In this document: one piece after another, positions 37,078-46,600 of the stretch
Numbering within the stretch: position 1 is the first letter of the stretch
Layout of the letters: the number at the start of each line of letters is the position of its first letter
Source: a virus
IMG/VR virus record: IMGVR_UViG_3300010430_000020
Coordinates: 15,149-79,148 of that record
DNA: 64,000 nt
Reading direction: 5' to 3' (one strand)
Notes under the pieces: generated by a model
What the model saw: the letters and a program-made list of their open reading frames with translations, nothing else
Databases searched by the model: none
Told to the model about the DNA's origin: nothing
Made by a program: the position numbers and the translations under genes

Positions 37078-37734
37078 CTAAAATTCAGAGTGTTTAGAGT
37101 TGAGTGTAATCCAGTACTCTATACTATCTCCTTTCCAATGTGTAACGCCTCTCCGATCAATCTCAACGTCATAAGCCTGTTGGATCAGGTTAAGATTTTC
37201 TGACTGGATCACAGCTCTAAACTTGCGGTCGCTGGTACCCAATTCGATGGCAAACTCATCACGGGTCACGCCAGAGGCATCCAGGGCCTTGATCCAGAGC
37301 TTTTCTCCATCACCCTCTATAGATACCTGTTCGAGGTTCAACGTCCTCCTGGCCTTGTCTACGGCCCGTATAACATCAGATGAGATGTGGACCGTATCAA
37401 ACGGCTCGATCTCAACCTCATTATCGGATGCGATATGCAACACATCTGGGTTGGCATAGACATAACGCATCGTGGATGGCCCGGATCGGATTGTCAGATA
37501 GGTATCTGTGAAATAGATATCCGGGTCTGAGAATAGGCCGATGGCATTGAGTAGTTTTTTTAGTTCATAGATTCCGACATCAACAGGAAACTCATCATCG
37601 ATATTGGCCTGTCCCAGCACAGTTTTGTTCTGGGATACAGTACGGATGCGGTGCCCCTTACGAATCAGAATGTTATTGTTGATGTCGGAGAAGTTTTTCA
37701 AAACAGATAACGTGTTATCTGACAATTTCATCAT
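37078..37734 (-). CDS. gp45: sliding clamp
   Basis: MKLSDNTLSVLKNFSDIN, GIYEL, EYWI; position. Confidence 0.9.
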   Translation of the reverse strand: MMKLSDNTLSVLKNFSDINNNILIRKGHRIRTVSQNKTVLGQANIDDEFPVDVGIYELKKLLNAIGLFSDPDIYFTDTYLTIRSGPSTMRYVYANPDVLHIASDNEVEIEPFDTVHISSDVIRAVDKARRTLNLEQVSIEGDGEKLWIKALDASGVTRDEFAIELGTSDRKFRAVIQSENLNLIQQAYDVEIDRRGVTHWKGDSIEYWITLNSKHSEF

Positions 37735-37748
37735 TTCAGCTCCAATTT

Positions 37749-37970
37749 CTATGAATTGAATGGTTGTATGATTCTCAAAATTCTATCATATTCTGCATCA
37801 CGAACCTTCACGTTATCAAATGACCATGCATAGCGGGCATCTCGTGCGGTCGAAAATTCGATCAGGTACAAATTAGGCATATCCTGCTTTGGTTTGTGGA
37901 AATACAAAATATGGTCTAGATTGAGTGGAACATTCCCAAGTTCCAGGTCTTCCGGGAAAAGCCATTTCAT
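37749..37970 (-). CDS. hypothetical protein
   Basis: AAGGA RBS. Confidence 0.55.
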   Translation of the reverse strand: MKWLFPEDLELGNVPLNLDHILYFHKPKQDMPNLYLIEFSTARDARYAWSFDNVKVRDAEYDRILRIIQPFNS

Positions 37971-37973
37971 AAT

Positions 37974-39011
37974 TTATCCTTTCTTCGCCGGGGCCTTTTT
38001 TGGAGTCTTCACGGGGATCGGGCGCGGCTTTGGTTTCTTACTCTCTTCTGGCTTCTTCAGCTGGCGCACATCGGCTGTGGCAGCGGCTCCAATCGAGGCA
38101 ATATCTGCCAGAGAACCTCCGAACACGTATGATCCGACGTGGGACAGTTTCATCCAGGGACAGAACCAGACCTTGCCACCTGCCCGTCGTATTAGATAGC
38201 AGAAGTTATAATCCTCTGACAAGTACCTCCTACTAGCATGGGCCTCATTGCTAAGGTAATGATCTGCCATCTTTTTTATTTCTTCGATTGTATCAGCATC
38301 CTTGCTGTCAGCATCAATCAGACGAGACATCAATTTATGTGCATCGGTAAATGTATAGCCCCTGTCAATGATGCAATCAAAGTAGGCCATAATCGACCGC
38401 GTGCCATCGAAATGCTCAGTACGAACATGGTCTGGGCGATAGCTCTGTTGGGGATAGTGACCATCAAAAAGCTCGAAAGTATTGCGCCTGATCAACATGA
38501 ACCCAGTGCCCGCTTCTGACACCTCAACTGGCTGATTGATCGGGATTTCCTGCTGCCCGCTCACCGGATTGAAAACATAGTCTCCAACAAACTTATCCAG
38601 GTTGTTGGGATTCTCATCGGCTGCGCCCTTATCAACGGCTTGTTTGATCTTCTCCCAGGATATACATTTCTTGGGGTAGGGACCGGCAATCACATCATAT
38701 TCGGTGTCATCATTTGACAGTGCGAGCAGAGCAATGACATCATTAGGATCGAACCCAATATCAGAGTCGATAAACATCAGGTGGGTAGAACCCGACCGCA
38801 TGAATTCATCACAGCAGTAATTGCGCGCCCGAGTAATCAGACTTTCATTGAAGAGGTAATAGATTTTCAGTTCGATTCCATAACGCAGGCATAAGCCAGC
38901 TAGGTCTGACATGCTCTTACAGAACATCCCAGAACATTGACCCCCATACATCGGCGTCGCAAGAAATAGCTTCTTCTTAGCCAATTCCTCTTTTGAGCAT
39001 TTGATTTGCAT
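37974..39011 (-). CDS. glycosyltransferase-like protein (GT-A fold)
   Basis: LATPMYGG, ESLITRARN, FIDSD (DxD), GTGFMLI, YLSEDYNFC. Confidence 0.7.
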   Translation of the reverse strand: MQIKCSKEELAKKKLFLATPMYGGQCSGMFCKSMSDLAGLCLRYGIELKIYYLFNESLITRARNYCCDEFMRSGSTHLMFIDSDIGFDPNDVIALLALSNDDTEYDVIAGPYPKKCISWEKIKQAVDKGAADENPNNLDKFVGDYVFNPVSGQQEIPINQPVEVSEAGTGFMLIRRNTFELFDGHYPQQSYRPDHVRTEHFDGTRSIMAYFDCIIDRGYTFTDAHKLMSRLIDADSKDADTIEEIKKMADHYLSNEAHASRRYLSEDYNFCYLIRRAGGKVWFCPWMKLSHVGSYVFGGSLADIASIGAAATADVRQLKKPEESKKPKPRPIPVKTPKKAPAKKG

Positions 39012-39306
39012 CCGTGTGTTCCTTTTTATGTACGTATAATTGTATCAATGCATAATGTAAAATTTTCATTAGATCGGCCTCATTATATCCGTCTTTTTTA
39101 CCATATCGCTTGGCGTACTTGATGACATTCCCGATACAGAAACCTGTACCGTGACCAGCATCAATAATCAGGTCAGTCGCTTGATAGCGCTCACCGGAAT
39201 AGTGGGAGTTGTAAGTTGCTGCTACATAGTCGAGCAGACGTTCCAGATTTGTGTCTTCATCGAATTTGAAGTCAGGTAGGTTGCTTGTTTGCTTGCTCAA
39301 TTTCAT
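38977..39306 (-). CDS. DUF3310-like conserved protein
   Basis: HY...GFCIGNVIKYAKRYGKK...DLMKILHY. Confidence 0.7.
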   Translation of the reverse strand: MKLSKQTSNLPDFKFDEDTNLERLLDYVAATYNSHYSGERYQATDLIIDAGHGTGFCIGNVIKYAKRYGKKDGYNEADLMKILHYALIQLYVHKKEHTDANQMLKRGIG

Positions 39307-39847
39307 TCTTTACTGCATCCCAATCTATTTCACTCGGTTTATATTCCATCACGTATTTCTGCGACTTCTTCAGAGCCATATCCAGCTTGAGCTTACTTAT
39401 GCGATCAATGAACAACACACCCTCTATATGGTCATATTCATGCTGTACCACGCGCGCAGTCATACCAGTGTAAGTTCGTGTCACGATCTCACTGTTGGGG
39501 AGCTGATAGCGGATTTTAATGGATCGGGGGCGGCGGACCTTGAAGCATAGATTTGGGAATGTCAGGCACCCCTCATCCATCTCAATTTGATCATTCTCTG
39601 ATGCATCCACCATGACAGGATTGTAGCAGACGAGTACTGGGTCCGACCGGATAGCAAATACTCTGTAAGGTTTGCCCAACTGTGGTGCTGCCAGTCCAAT
39701 CCCGCCATAGTGAAGCATGTGCTCGGTCAAATCGCGAGCAAACTGTACCGGGTCTTCCGGGGGCTCCATGAAGCTGAATATTTCTGTTTCTTCTCTGAGA
39801 ATCGGGTCGCTGGAATCTACCAGCGGATACTTAGGCGTGAATTCCAT
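39272..39847 (-). CDS. def: peptide deformylase
   Basis: GIGLAAPQ, EGCLT, QHEYDH. Confidence 0.93.
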   Translation of the reverse strand: MEFTPKYPLVDSSDPILREETEIFSFMEPPEDPVQFARDLTEHMLHYGGIGLAAPQLGKPYRVFAIRSDPVLVCYNPVMVDASENDQIEMDEGCLTFPNLCFKVRRPRSIKIRYQLPNSEIVTRTYTGMTARVVQHEYDHIEGVLFIDRISKLKLDMALKKSQKYVMEYKPSEIDWDAVKNEIEQANKQPT

Positions 39848-40040
39848 TTTCTGCTTCTAACAACTCATCCTCTGTACGATATGTCCTCTCAAGGGCGTTC
39901 TGTATGGTATACAGGGTCTGACTTGAGAACCCATCGCTGGTTTTCAATTTTTCAACTCGAATACCGGTAATTACTGTGCGTCTCTTCAGTAACAAATCCC
40001 AGACTCGATCTCCTATGCTGTACTTAGTCTCGATAATCAT
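39831..40040 (-). CDS. hypothetical protein
   Basis: IETKYSIGDRVW. Confidence 0.55.
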   Translation of the reverse strand: MIIETKYSIGDRVWDLLLKRRTVITGIRVEKLKTSDGFSSQTLYTIQNALERTYRTEDELLEAENGIHA

Positions 40041-40222
40041 GTCGCCTTACGCTTTACATTTATTGTTTGGTGTACTGAAATGGTTTGCGGTGGGATTTCA
40101 TCCTCAATGACTTTATTCGGAGTGGTCATTGCAAACTCTTTGTTCTCACCCATGTATCCATAGAAATAGGCATTGTATTCATCACCCTTTCTGGTTACCT
40201 TGACTTTATCTCCGCGCTTCAT
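40037..40222 (-). CDS. hypothetical protein
   Basis: ORF in operon. Confidence 0.5.
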   Translation of the reverse strand: MKRGDKVKVTRKGDEYNAYFYGYMGENKEFAMTTPNKVIEDEIPPQTISVHQTINVKRKAT

Positions 40223-40223
40223 T

Positions 40224-40454
40224 TCAAACTCCGTTGTAATCCATCAAGTTAGAATTGTAGTCAATCTCCGCCAACTTCAATTCCTTCCAACACTTCTGTC
40301 CGCCCGTGGTATTTATACTCACACAATGATACCAATTCTCGCCACCATTCCCAAATTTCCCATGTTTATATTGCACGCCTATGACCTGTATGGTCTCATG
40401 GGTCACTAAATCTTCAACATAATCACCTACGCTAAAGGGAATGGATACCTGCAT
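40224..40454 (-). CDS. hypothetical protein
   Basis: ORF in operon. Confidence 0.5.
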   Translation of the reverse strand: MQVSIPFSVGDYVEDLVTHETIQVIGVQYKHGKFGNGGENWYHCVSINTTGGQKCWKELKLAEIDYNSNLMDYNGV

Positions 40455-42186
40455 CTACGCCTCCCGTAACCTCGGTAAAGTTAGTAATCTTGTTAAACTT
40501 GATAACTCTTTCAAATCTATCAGACATTACCTGATGGCTATGGCTGATCATGAACACATTGGTGTCCTCACTCAGTGCATAAATGATCTTCAAAAACTCC
40601 TCGGTGCCAGCGGCATCCAGAGAACCATCAAAAACTTCATCCAGGATCAAGAGGTTACAGTGTGCTCGGTTGCGCAACTTGGCGATAGCGCGCCATGTAA
40701 ACAGCAAGGCAATATCAATACGGAACTTTTCGCCCTCAGAGAAACTTTCATATGAGAACTCATCGCGGTGACGTGAGAGTATCTTCTCAATGAAATTTTC
40801 ATCCAACTCGAACTGGACAAAAAAGTCCATCGCTGCCAAATATTTACTGATCAATTTATTCATCACCGGCACATACTGCTTGATGATCTTGGTTTTAATT
40901 CCTCCGTCTTTCAGGAGCGTGGCGGCTGTTGTCAGTAGCTCCTTATCATCCATTAATTCCTGACGGACCAGTTCTAGGGACTCCTTCTCCCCAAGATACT
41001 CTTGTTCATCCGTTGCATCTGATTCCCTCTGTATCGTTTTAGCCCGTATATTTTCAATCTCATCTTCGATAGTTTGGCTACGCTCATCGCATTGTCTGAT
41101 ACATACGCCCATTTCATCGATTTTATCTTGGGACGTGCGAATGGCTTCTTGAATTCGCTCAACCTTTTGGATGTAACCACCGATCTTGTCATACGTCGCA
41201 TTTAATTTCTCTAACTGTTCTTGACACCTATCGCGGTGCTTTTGTTTTTTCTGAATAGCCTCGCGCGCGAAGGTCTCGTCAATAGATTGTTTACATTGGG
41301 GGCACCTATTATGTTCAGCGAAGAATCCCAGCTGAAGCTCCAGGTGTTTGATTTCATCGACCAATCTGATTCTTGTGTCGTGTAACTGAGCGGATTTATC
41401 GTATAGTTTAGATCGCTGTAGTTCAGGTAAGAGGTTTCCGAGAAATTTGTCTCGGCGCACATTCTCACCATCGATCCGTCCCTGTATATCTTGTTTTGTT
41501 CTGGATAGGGTATCTTTCTGTTGCAGTTTTTCTTTAATGAAAACATTGTTGTTGTCCTTGATTGCCTCAATATGCTTGCGAACCATCTCAAGCTTGGAAT
41601 CGACAATCGTTGTGTTCATACTATTTGTAGCCAGATCATCCTTGTTTTTCTGAACACGTTCTTTAAGTAAGGTATTCATAACACTAAAGATTTGGATGTC
41701 AAGTAGGTCTTCTACGACTTCTCTACGGCCCTGTGCTGGCAGCTGCATGAATGGGATATGATTAGCGCTTCCTAGCACCACGATCTGGGTAAACGATCTG
41801 TACCCGATCTTCAGGATGTTCTGCTCGAAATTCTCTTGGTAATCTTTGGAGGAGGAGTCTTGATCTAGGAGGGCTTCATCGAGGTATATCTCGAAGATAT
41901 TGGGCTTGATGCCCCGGCGCACCCTATACTCCCTGGGGCCGATCTGAAACTCGACCTCGACCATCAGGTTCTTGTTGTTTATGGAGTTGACCAACTGGGG
42001 TTTGTTGATCTTGCGGTAGGCTTTACCATATAGAGCAAACACCAGGGCATCGATGAATGAGGATTTACCCGAACCGTTCGCACCTACCACAAGATTTGTT
42101 TTGTGGGTAGTAAAGTCGAATTCCAGAAATTCGTTTCCTACTGAGAGGAAATTCTTGTATCTGAGTTTCTTGAAGTATAAGCTCAA
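40432..42186 (-). CDS. gp46: recombination endonuclease subunit (Rad50/SbcC-like)
   Basis: KNFLS, GANGSGKS, CPQC hook, FSEGEK, LILDE, ISH. Confidence 0.95.
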   Translation of the reverse strand: MSLYFKKLRYKNFLSVGNEFLEFDFTTHKTNLVVGANGSGKSSFIDALVFALYGKAYRKINKPQLVNSINNKNLMVEVEFQIGPREYRVRRGIKPNIFEIYLDEALLDQDSSSKDYQENFEQNILKIGYRSFTQIVVLGSANHIPFMQLPAQGRREVVEDLLDIQIFSVMNTLLKERVQKNKDDLATNSMNTTIVDSKLEMVRKHIEAIKDNNNVFIKEKLQQKDTLSRTKQDIQGRIDGENVRRDKFLGNLLPELQRSKLYDKSAQLHDTRIRLVDEIKHLELQLGFFAEHNRCPQCKQSIDETFAREAIQKKQKHRDRCQEQLEKLNATYDKIGGYIQKVERIQEAIRTSQDKIDEMGVCIRQCDERSQTIEDEIENIRAKTIQRESDATDEQEYLGEKESLELVRQELMDDKELLTTAATLLKDGGIKTKIIKQYVPVMNKLISKYLAAMDFFVQFELDENFIEKILSRHRDEFSYESFSEGEKFRIDIALLFTWRAIAKLRNRAHCNLLILDEVFDGSLDAAGTEEFLKIIYALSEDTNVFMISHSHQVMSDRFERVIKFNKITNFTEVTGGVDAGIHSL

Positions 42187-42282
42187 TTAGCTAGTCCACA
42201 TCGTTCGATTGGGTTAGCGCTGCAATAACAAATATAGCAGCAATCAATGCCGCATAATATATGATTAACGCTGTTTCCATCG

Positions 42283-42600
42283 TCATTCTACAGCCTTATT
42301 CATTTTGTCTACGATCTGGTTGGCCCTGGCCACCCTCCTCAAGTGTGCTAGTTCTTCTCGCATAAAACCAATACAATCATGGGCGGCGATATTATACTCC
42401 TTTTTGTAGACCAAAAACGTCTTGTCCGCCAGTACCATAGCCCCCTTCAACTCATTATAGATAGCCACTTTTTCTGCGTATCCATCTGCATGACAGAATG
42501 GATTCCAGAACCTATTATTGATGCTTTCTGTGAATACCTCTATCACATCAGCATCAACACCCATGATACGCCACCACAGTCTTTTAAAGAAACGAGTCAT
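42283..42600 (-). CDS. hypothetical protein
   Basis: GGAG RBS. Confidence 0.55.
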   Translation of the reverse strand: MTRFFKRLWWRIMGVDADVIEVFTESINNRFWNPFCHADGYAEKVAIYNELKGAMVLADKTFLVYKKEYNIAAHDCIGFMREELAHLRRVARANQIVDKMNKAVE

Positions 42601-42690
42601 ATAATTTCTCCACCACTAGTGCTATCACCACGATCACATAATAAACTGCCAGAAACACCATCAGACCGCCAATTATGATTTCAACACCTA

Positions 42691-43755
42691 TCATACTCTC
42701 AATACCTCGGCCTCATCATAGAGGCTTTTCAGTAGATACTCCAACTTCGCCACCTCAACATGACATTCCATGCCCTCGATGTAATTGTTCAGGATCGTGA
42801 GGGTATCCTCAGCCTGCTCAACAATCGTATCATCCGAGAGCAAATCAATATTGCGGTGGTCCTCAACAATCTGTAGGTCCGCCACACCTACACTGTTAAT
42901 CCGATCAATGAACGAATCGAAAGCAAACTCATTGGTTTTATGTCGAACTATAACCTTAACAAATGTGTCACTGATCTGCAACTTCTCCTCGATTTCCTCC
43001 AGTAGCTGGGTGACATTGCGCTCGGTGTCATCATAGATGAACTTATGGAACAGCGCATACGGATTTTCTATGTACTCTAGTTCTCCCGTATCTATATCAA
43101 ATATGTGAAAACCCTTGGCATCCTTGTAGTCGGTCCAGGTCATCTGATAGGGCGCACCCATGAAGTGGATGTTGTTGTAACTCGACTTGTGGTGAAAATG
43201 GCCCGACAGAACGGCGTCAAAGCCTCTGTAGTCCTCTTTGTCATCTCCGGTGTGGGAGAACCTACCCCGATCCATTTCCCAGTCACGCAGCTCCAGGTGG
43301 CCCAGACAGAACCGTGTGCTGGCCCCAGAGATTAGCTGGCGGGCTTTCTTTTCAGTCTCTTCGCATATCCAGGGAATGACTGTGATACCATCCACGATGG
43401 ATGGCTCTGTATGGACTGAGAACGGATAGCCACTCAGCAGCTCATCCAGGGCATTGGGGCCAACCCTGTTCTTGTAATACATGTCATGATTGCCCAGGAT
43501 AAAGCTTGTATGATATACATCCGCATCCAGTGCCAGTGGGTCCAAGAACACACGCTTCATGGTCGCCAGGGTGTGAAAGGATATCCCCTTGCGTTTATCG
43601 ACTAAATCTCCCAGATGCCACACTTCCGCTACATTTTTCTCCTTTAGCGTGGGGAAGAAGACCTGATCATAAAATACTTCCATATGATCCAGAAGCGCCT
43701 GCTTATCGCCCCTGGCTCCAAAATGTGTATCGGCAATGATGGCAATCTTAGTCAT
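42691..43755 (-). CDS. gp47: recombination endonuclease subunit (Mre11/SbcD-like)
   Basis: DTHFG, LGD, GNHD, GHLE, SGHFH. Confidence 0.95.
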   Translation of the reverse strand: MTKIAIIADTHFGARGDKQALLDHMEVFYDQVFFPTLKEKNVAEVWHLGDLVDKRKGISFHTLATMKRVFLDPLALDADVYHTSFILGNHDMYYKNRVGPNALDELLSGYPFSVHTEPSIVDGITVIPWICEETEKKARQLISGASTRFCLGHLELRDWEMDRGRFSHTGDDKEDYRGFDAVLSGHFHHKSSYNNIHFMGAPYQMTWTDYKDAKGFHIFDIDTGELEYIENPYALFHKFIYDDTERNVTQLLEEIEEKLQISDTFVKVIVRHKTNEFAFDSFIDRINSVGVADLQIVEDHRNIDLLSDDTIVEQAEDTLTILNNYIEGMECHVEVAKLEYLLKSLYDEAEVLRV

Positions 43756-43919
43756 TTACTAGCTCTATATTGATCCAGGGCCTTGCCGATCATTCGGTGG
43801 CAGTACTCCAGCATCATATACCTATTTTGTCGCGTATTCTTGTTCTGCTTGGTATCGAGCATATCCTCCATCCAACTACGAACCATAGCTGGCAGAACAG
43901 GATTCTTAACTTCGTTCAT
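43752..43919 (-). CDS. small hypothetical protein, 55 aa (not in ORF track)
   Basis: MNEVKNPVLP...; ATGA overlaps with gp55 and gp47. Confidence 0.5.
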   Translation of the reverse strand: MNEVKNPVLPAMVRSWMEDMLDTKQNKNTRQNRYMMLEYCHRMIGKALDQYRASK

Positions 43920-44443
43920 GTCTTCCCCTTAATGAATTTGTCTATACCCTGACGCTCTTTCTCGCGCTTGGATTCCTTTTTCTTCCGTATAGACTCTTCA
44001 TAACTTCTTATGACTTCATCCATCACATCATCCGTGGGAGAACCTGGGTAGTAATTAATGTTTTTGCTCATATTGAGCAGTTCTTCCTCAGCCATGTGCT
44101 TGCGATAGTTCTTATACTTCAGATAATTTTGTCTCTTCTCCCGGTCTATCCTTCTGATGAATGCATACCATGCAATGCGACTGAAATACCCAAAGGGGTT
44201 GTTGAATTTTGATGGGTCGTAATTGTCTACAGCGGCCAGACAGTTTTCTATCCCATCACTGACCATCTCGTCCTTATAGCTGTAGTTGTTGAAATTCCCT
44301 CGTGATGCAAGCTTTTGTGTTATCAGGAGAATACACTCTCCTATGTACTCCGGTACGCGAAGATCGTCAACTTGCTGCTTGGCTTTCTTATACTCTACAA
44401 GGGCCTCGTAGAGTTGCTTGTTGTTGACGTAATGTTGGGTCAT
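43916..44443 (-). CDS. gp55: late-transcription sigma factor
   Basis: HYVNNK, YIGEC, NFNNYSYKDEMVSDGIENC, NPFGYF...AFIRRI. Confidence 0.95.
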   Translation of the reverse strand: MTQHYVNNKQLYEALVEYKKAKQQVDDLRVPEYIGECILLITQKLASRGNFNNYSYKDEMVSDGIENCLAAVDNYDPSKFNNPFGYFSRIAWYAFIRRIDREKRQNYLKYKNYRKHMAEEELLNMSKNINYYPGSPTDDVMDEVIRSYEESIRKKKESKREKERQGIDKFIKGKT

Positions 44444-44485
44444 GTCTCATTTCTCACTCCGTTGGTTTTGTTACTATTCTGTAAC

Positions 44486-44513
44486 TTGACAGGCTGAAAT
44501 TCATCTGTATAAT
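44486..44513 (+). promoter_or_regulatory. near-consensus sigma70 promoter facing a non-coding region
   Basis: TTGACA-N16-TATAAT with no plus-strand gene downstream. Confidence 0.55.
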
Positions 44514-44519
44514 CGGAAT

Positions 44520-44669
44520 GTCCGATAAATGATGTATATAGATACTTAATTAGTTATAGATACATTATATAGTATCTTTAATGGATAGTTGCGTCTGTAG
44601 TGTAAAGAATTGGATATACAGTGAGGTATCGAAGATACCGAACTTATCCCGAAGGGATACCAGATACTG
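44520..44669. other. AT-rich non-coding region with GATAC repeats and two hairpins (candidate origin or ncRNA)
   Basis: GGTATC-GAA-GATACC (44625-44639) and TATCCC-GAA-GGGATA (44645-44659). Confidence 0.4.
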
Positions 44670-45143
44670 CTAGTGGATAGTTGTGTTTGCTGATGTAATT
44701 GATTCATAGGTCTCTTCATCCAAATCCTCTTCTGAGACTTCATCAAACAGATCGCTAAACGGATCATCAGAAGAATCTATCTTACCTTCTATCTGTTGTT
44801 TAATATACAGTTTAAGATATTCAGTTGCTGCCTTGACCTTATCATCTGTATCCTGGATACCGAACAATACAGAATACTCCAGAGAAGCTTTGTAGTAGTT
44901 AACCATCTCACCCTCCACGCGAGAGATAGCTATCACCTGATTCTTAGACAGTTCGATTGTAGTTTTATTGGATGCGAATGGAGCATAGGAATGTAGAACG
45001 CAGCTCGTTTTTCCGCTTGTCGGGTCTACCACATTATTCATCTCAAGTGGATTTAACAGGAAATATTTTTCTGGGTCGGTGGCGGCCTGCGTTTGGGAGA
45101 TAATCTCATCTCCATTGACTAGTTTGATGTGGTATAGGTTCAT
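44670..45143 (-). CDS. conserved T4-like hypothetical protein (Sm-like N-terminus)
   Basis: IKLVNGDEII; usual position between uvsW and gp55. Confidence 0.7.
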   Translation of the reverse strand: MNLYHIKLVNGDEIISQTQAATDPEKYFLLNPLEMNNVVDPTSGKTSCVLHSYAPFASNKTTIELSKNQVIAISRVEGEMVNYYKASLEYSVLFGIQDTDDKVKAATEYLKLYIKQQIEGKIDSSDDPFSDLFDEVSEEDLDEETYESITSANTTIH

Positions 45144-46600
45144 AGCTTTACCTTATACAACTTGTAGTTAAACTTTTGTTGGCTATAAATCTCCACTCGT
45201 TTCATAAAATGTTTCATGGTGTGATTGACCTTGGACTTCCACTGTAGGTTGTCCGAGACATCGAAGAAGTTACAGACCTCTTTTCTATCTGTTTTCCTTA
45301 GACCCCGCCCGATGGACTGCAAGAGGAGTATCTGAGATTTCGTCGGCGCGGCGGTGATGATGTTATCAATGTTGGGAATATTGGTTCCAGTAGAGAATAC
45401 CCCTGTGGAAGCCACTATTATCGAATTCTCATGATCATTCGCCAACTTCCTGATATATTCCCTCTCCGAACCTTTGATCTTACCCGATACATAGTAGACT
45501 GGTACTGAAGCCTTTGATTTAATTGTATTATACAGGATATCCCCATGAGTTTCAATACGTCTAAAAAGTAATAAGGTGTTGCCTTCAAGAGACATGGCGA
45601 GCTTACACAAGAAATTGTTGCGTCTTTTATTTGCAAATAGGAACTCTAGCTCGTCATTATATCTGGCTTTACAGTATTCCTTCTTCTCCTCCTTGGTGTA
45701 ATCTAGTGTAATGCATTTTATATTTAGCTGCGCCAGGGTTCCTTGCTCCTGCAGCTGTTTGGTGGTAACAATCTGCCGGTAGGGGCCGAAAAGGCCCTGC
45801 AGGACTAGCTTGTTAGTATGTGTACCATCCAAACTACCAGTAAAACCAAACCGTAGCTGACAATCAGTAAGACTCTCCATGATTTTAGCCAGCTCTTTCG
45901 CCTTGAACTTATGAGCTTCATCGCCGATCACCAGTTGGAATTGTTCGAACCATTTTTTGTCTTGACGCGCAGCGGACTGCCATGTACAGACCGAGATGGG
46001 CTTGTCAGTCCACTTATCCTTACCAGCAGAAATGGTGTGTACATGACTATCGGAATCGAATCCATAATCGGCAAAGTCCGAGAACATCTGCAAAAGAAGA
46101 TTGAGAGAATCAACGATTATGAGAGTCTTACAGCTGTAGTATCTCAACAGCATGTAGATCATCAAAGACTTGCCGCTGCCTGTAGGCGAAACGAACAAGG
46201 CGCGCCTGTTCCGAACACAGTGCGCGAACGACTCTATCTGGAAATCACGCTCTTCAAATTGCTCTGGAAGATTTAGAGAATCGTAAAACTCGCGGGCTTC
46301 TTGTAGGGAGAATGGCTCAGATTTACCAAGGTCGCCTTCATATGTGACCTGATATCCCCGGTCGATGGCGAACTTCTCTATTTCCTTGGTCAAGCCTTTG
46401 TAGATCGTGCTGTTCCTGGAGTTGAACAGTCGAATTTTGCCATCCCACATCTTGTTCTTGTAAGATGGTATGTACTGATACCCAGGTACGAGAAAAGTAA
46501 AGTGCTCGCGCAGCTCCTGGCGAATATGCTCTGGACAATCAATGCGGATATAGACCTCATTGACTGCCCGGAGACTTACAATATCACTCGTTTGCTCCAA
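45140..46600 (-). CDS. uvsW: RNA-DNA / DNA helicase
   Basis: WDGKIRLF, SPTGSGKS, DEAH, GFTGS, FSTG, QSIGRGLR; probable TTG start at 46600. Confidence 0.93.
   Translation of the reverse strand: MEQTSDIVSLRAVNEVYIRIDCPEHIRQELREHFTFLVPGYQYIPSYKNKMWDGKIRLFNSRNSTIYKGLTKEIEKFAIDRGYQVTYEGDLGKSEPFSLQEAREFYDSLNLPEQFEERDFQIESFAHCVRNRRALFVSPTGSGKSLMIYMLLRYYSCKTLIIVDSLNLLLQMFSDFADYGFDSDSHVHTISAGKDKWTDKPISVCTWQSAARQDKKWFEQFQLVIGDEAHKFKAKELAKIMESLTDCQLRFGFTGSLDGTHTNKLVLQGLFGPYRQIVTTKQLQEQGTLAQLNIKCITLDYTKEEKKEYCKARYNDELEFLFANKRRNNFLCKLAMSLEGNTLLLFRRIETHGDILYNTIKSKASVPVYYVSGKIKGSEREYIRKLANDHENSIIVASTGVFSTGTNIPNIDNIITAAPTKSQILLLQSIGRGLRKTDRKEVCNFFDVSDNLQWKSKVNHTMKHFMKRVEIYSQQKFNYKLYKVKL

Noticed and set aside
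44546-44767. 73-aa minus-strand ORF across the gp55 upstream gap
   Set aside because: It overlaps the real upstream gene out of frame, has no RBS and runs through the hairpin region.
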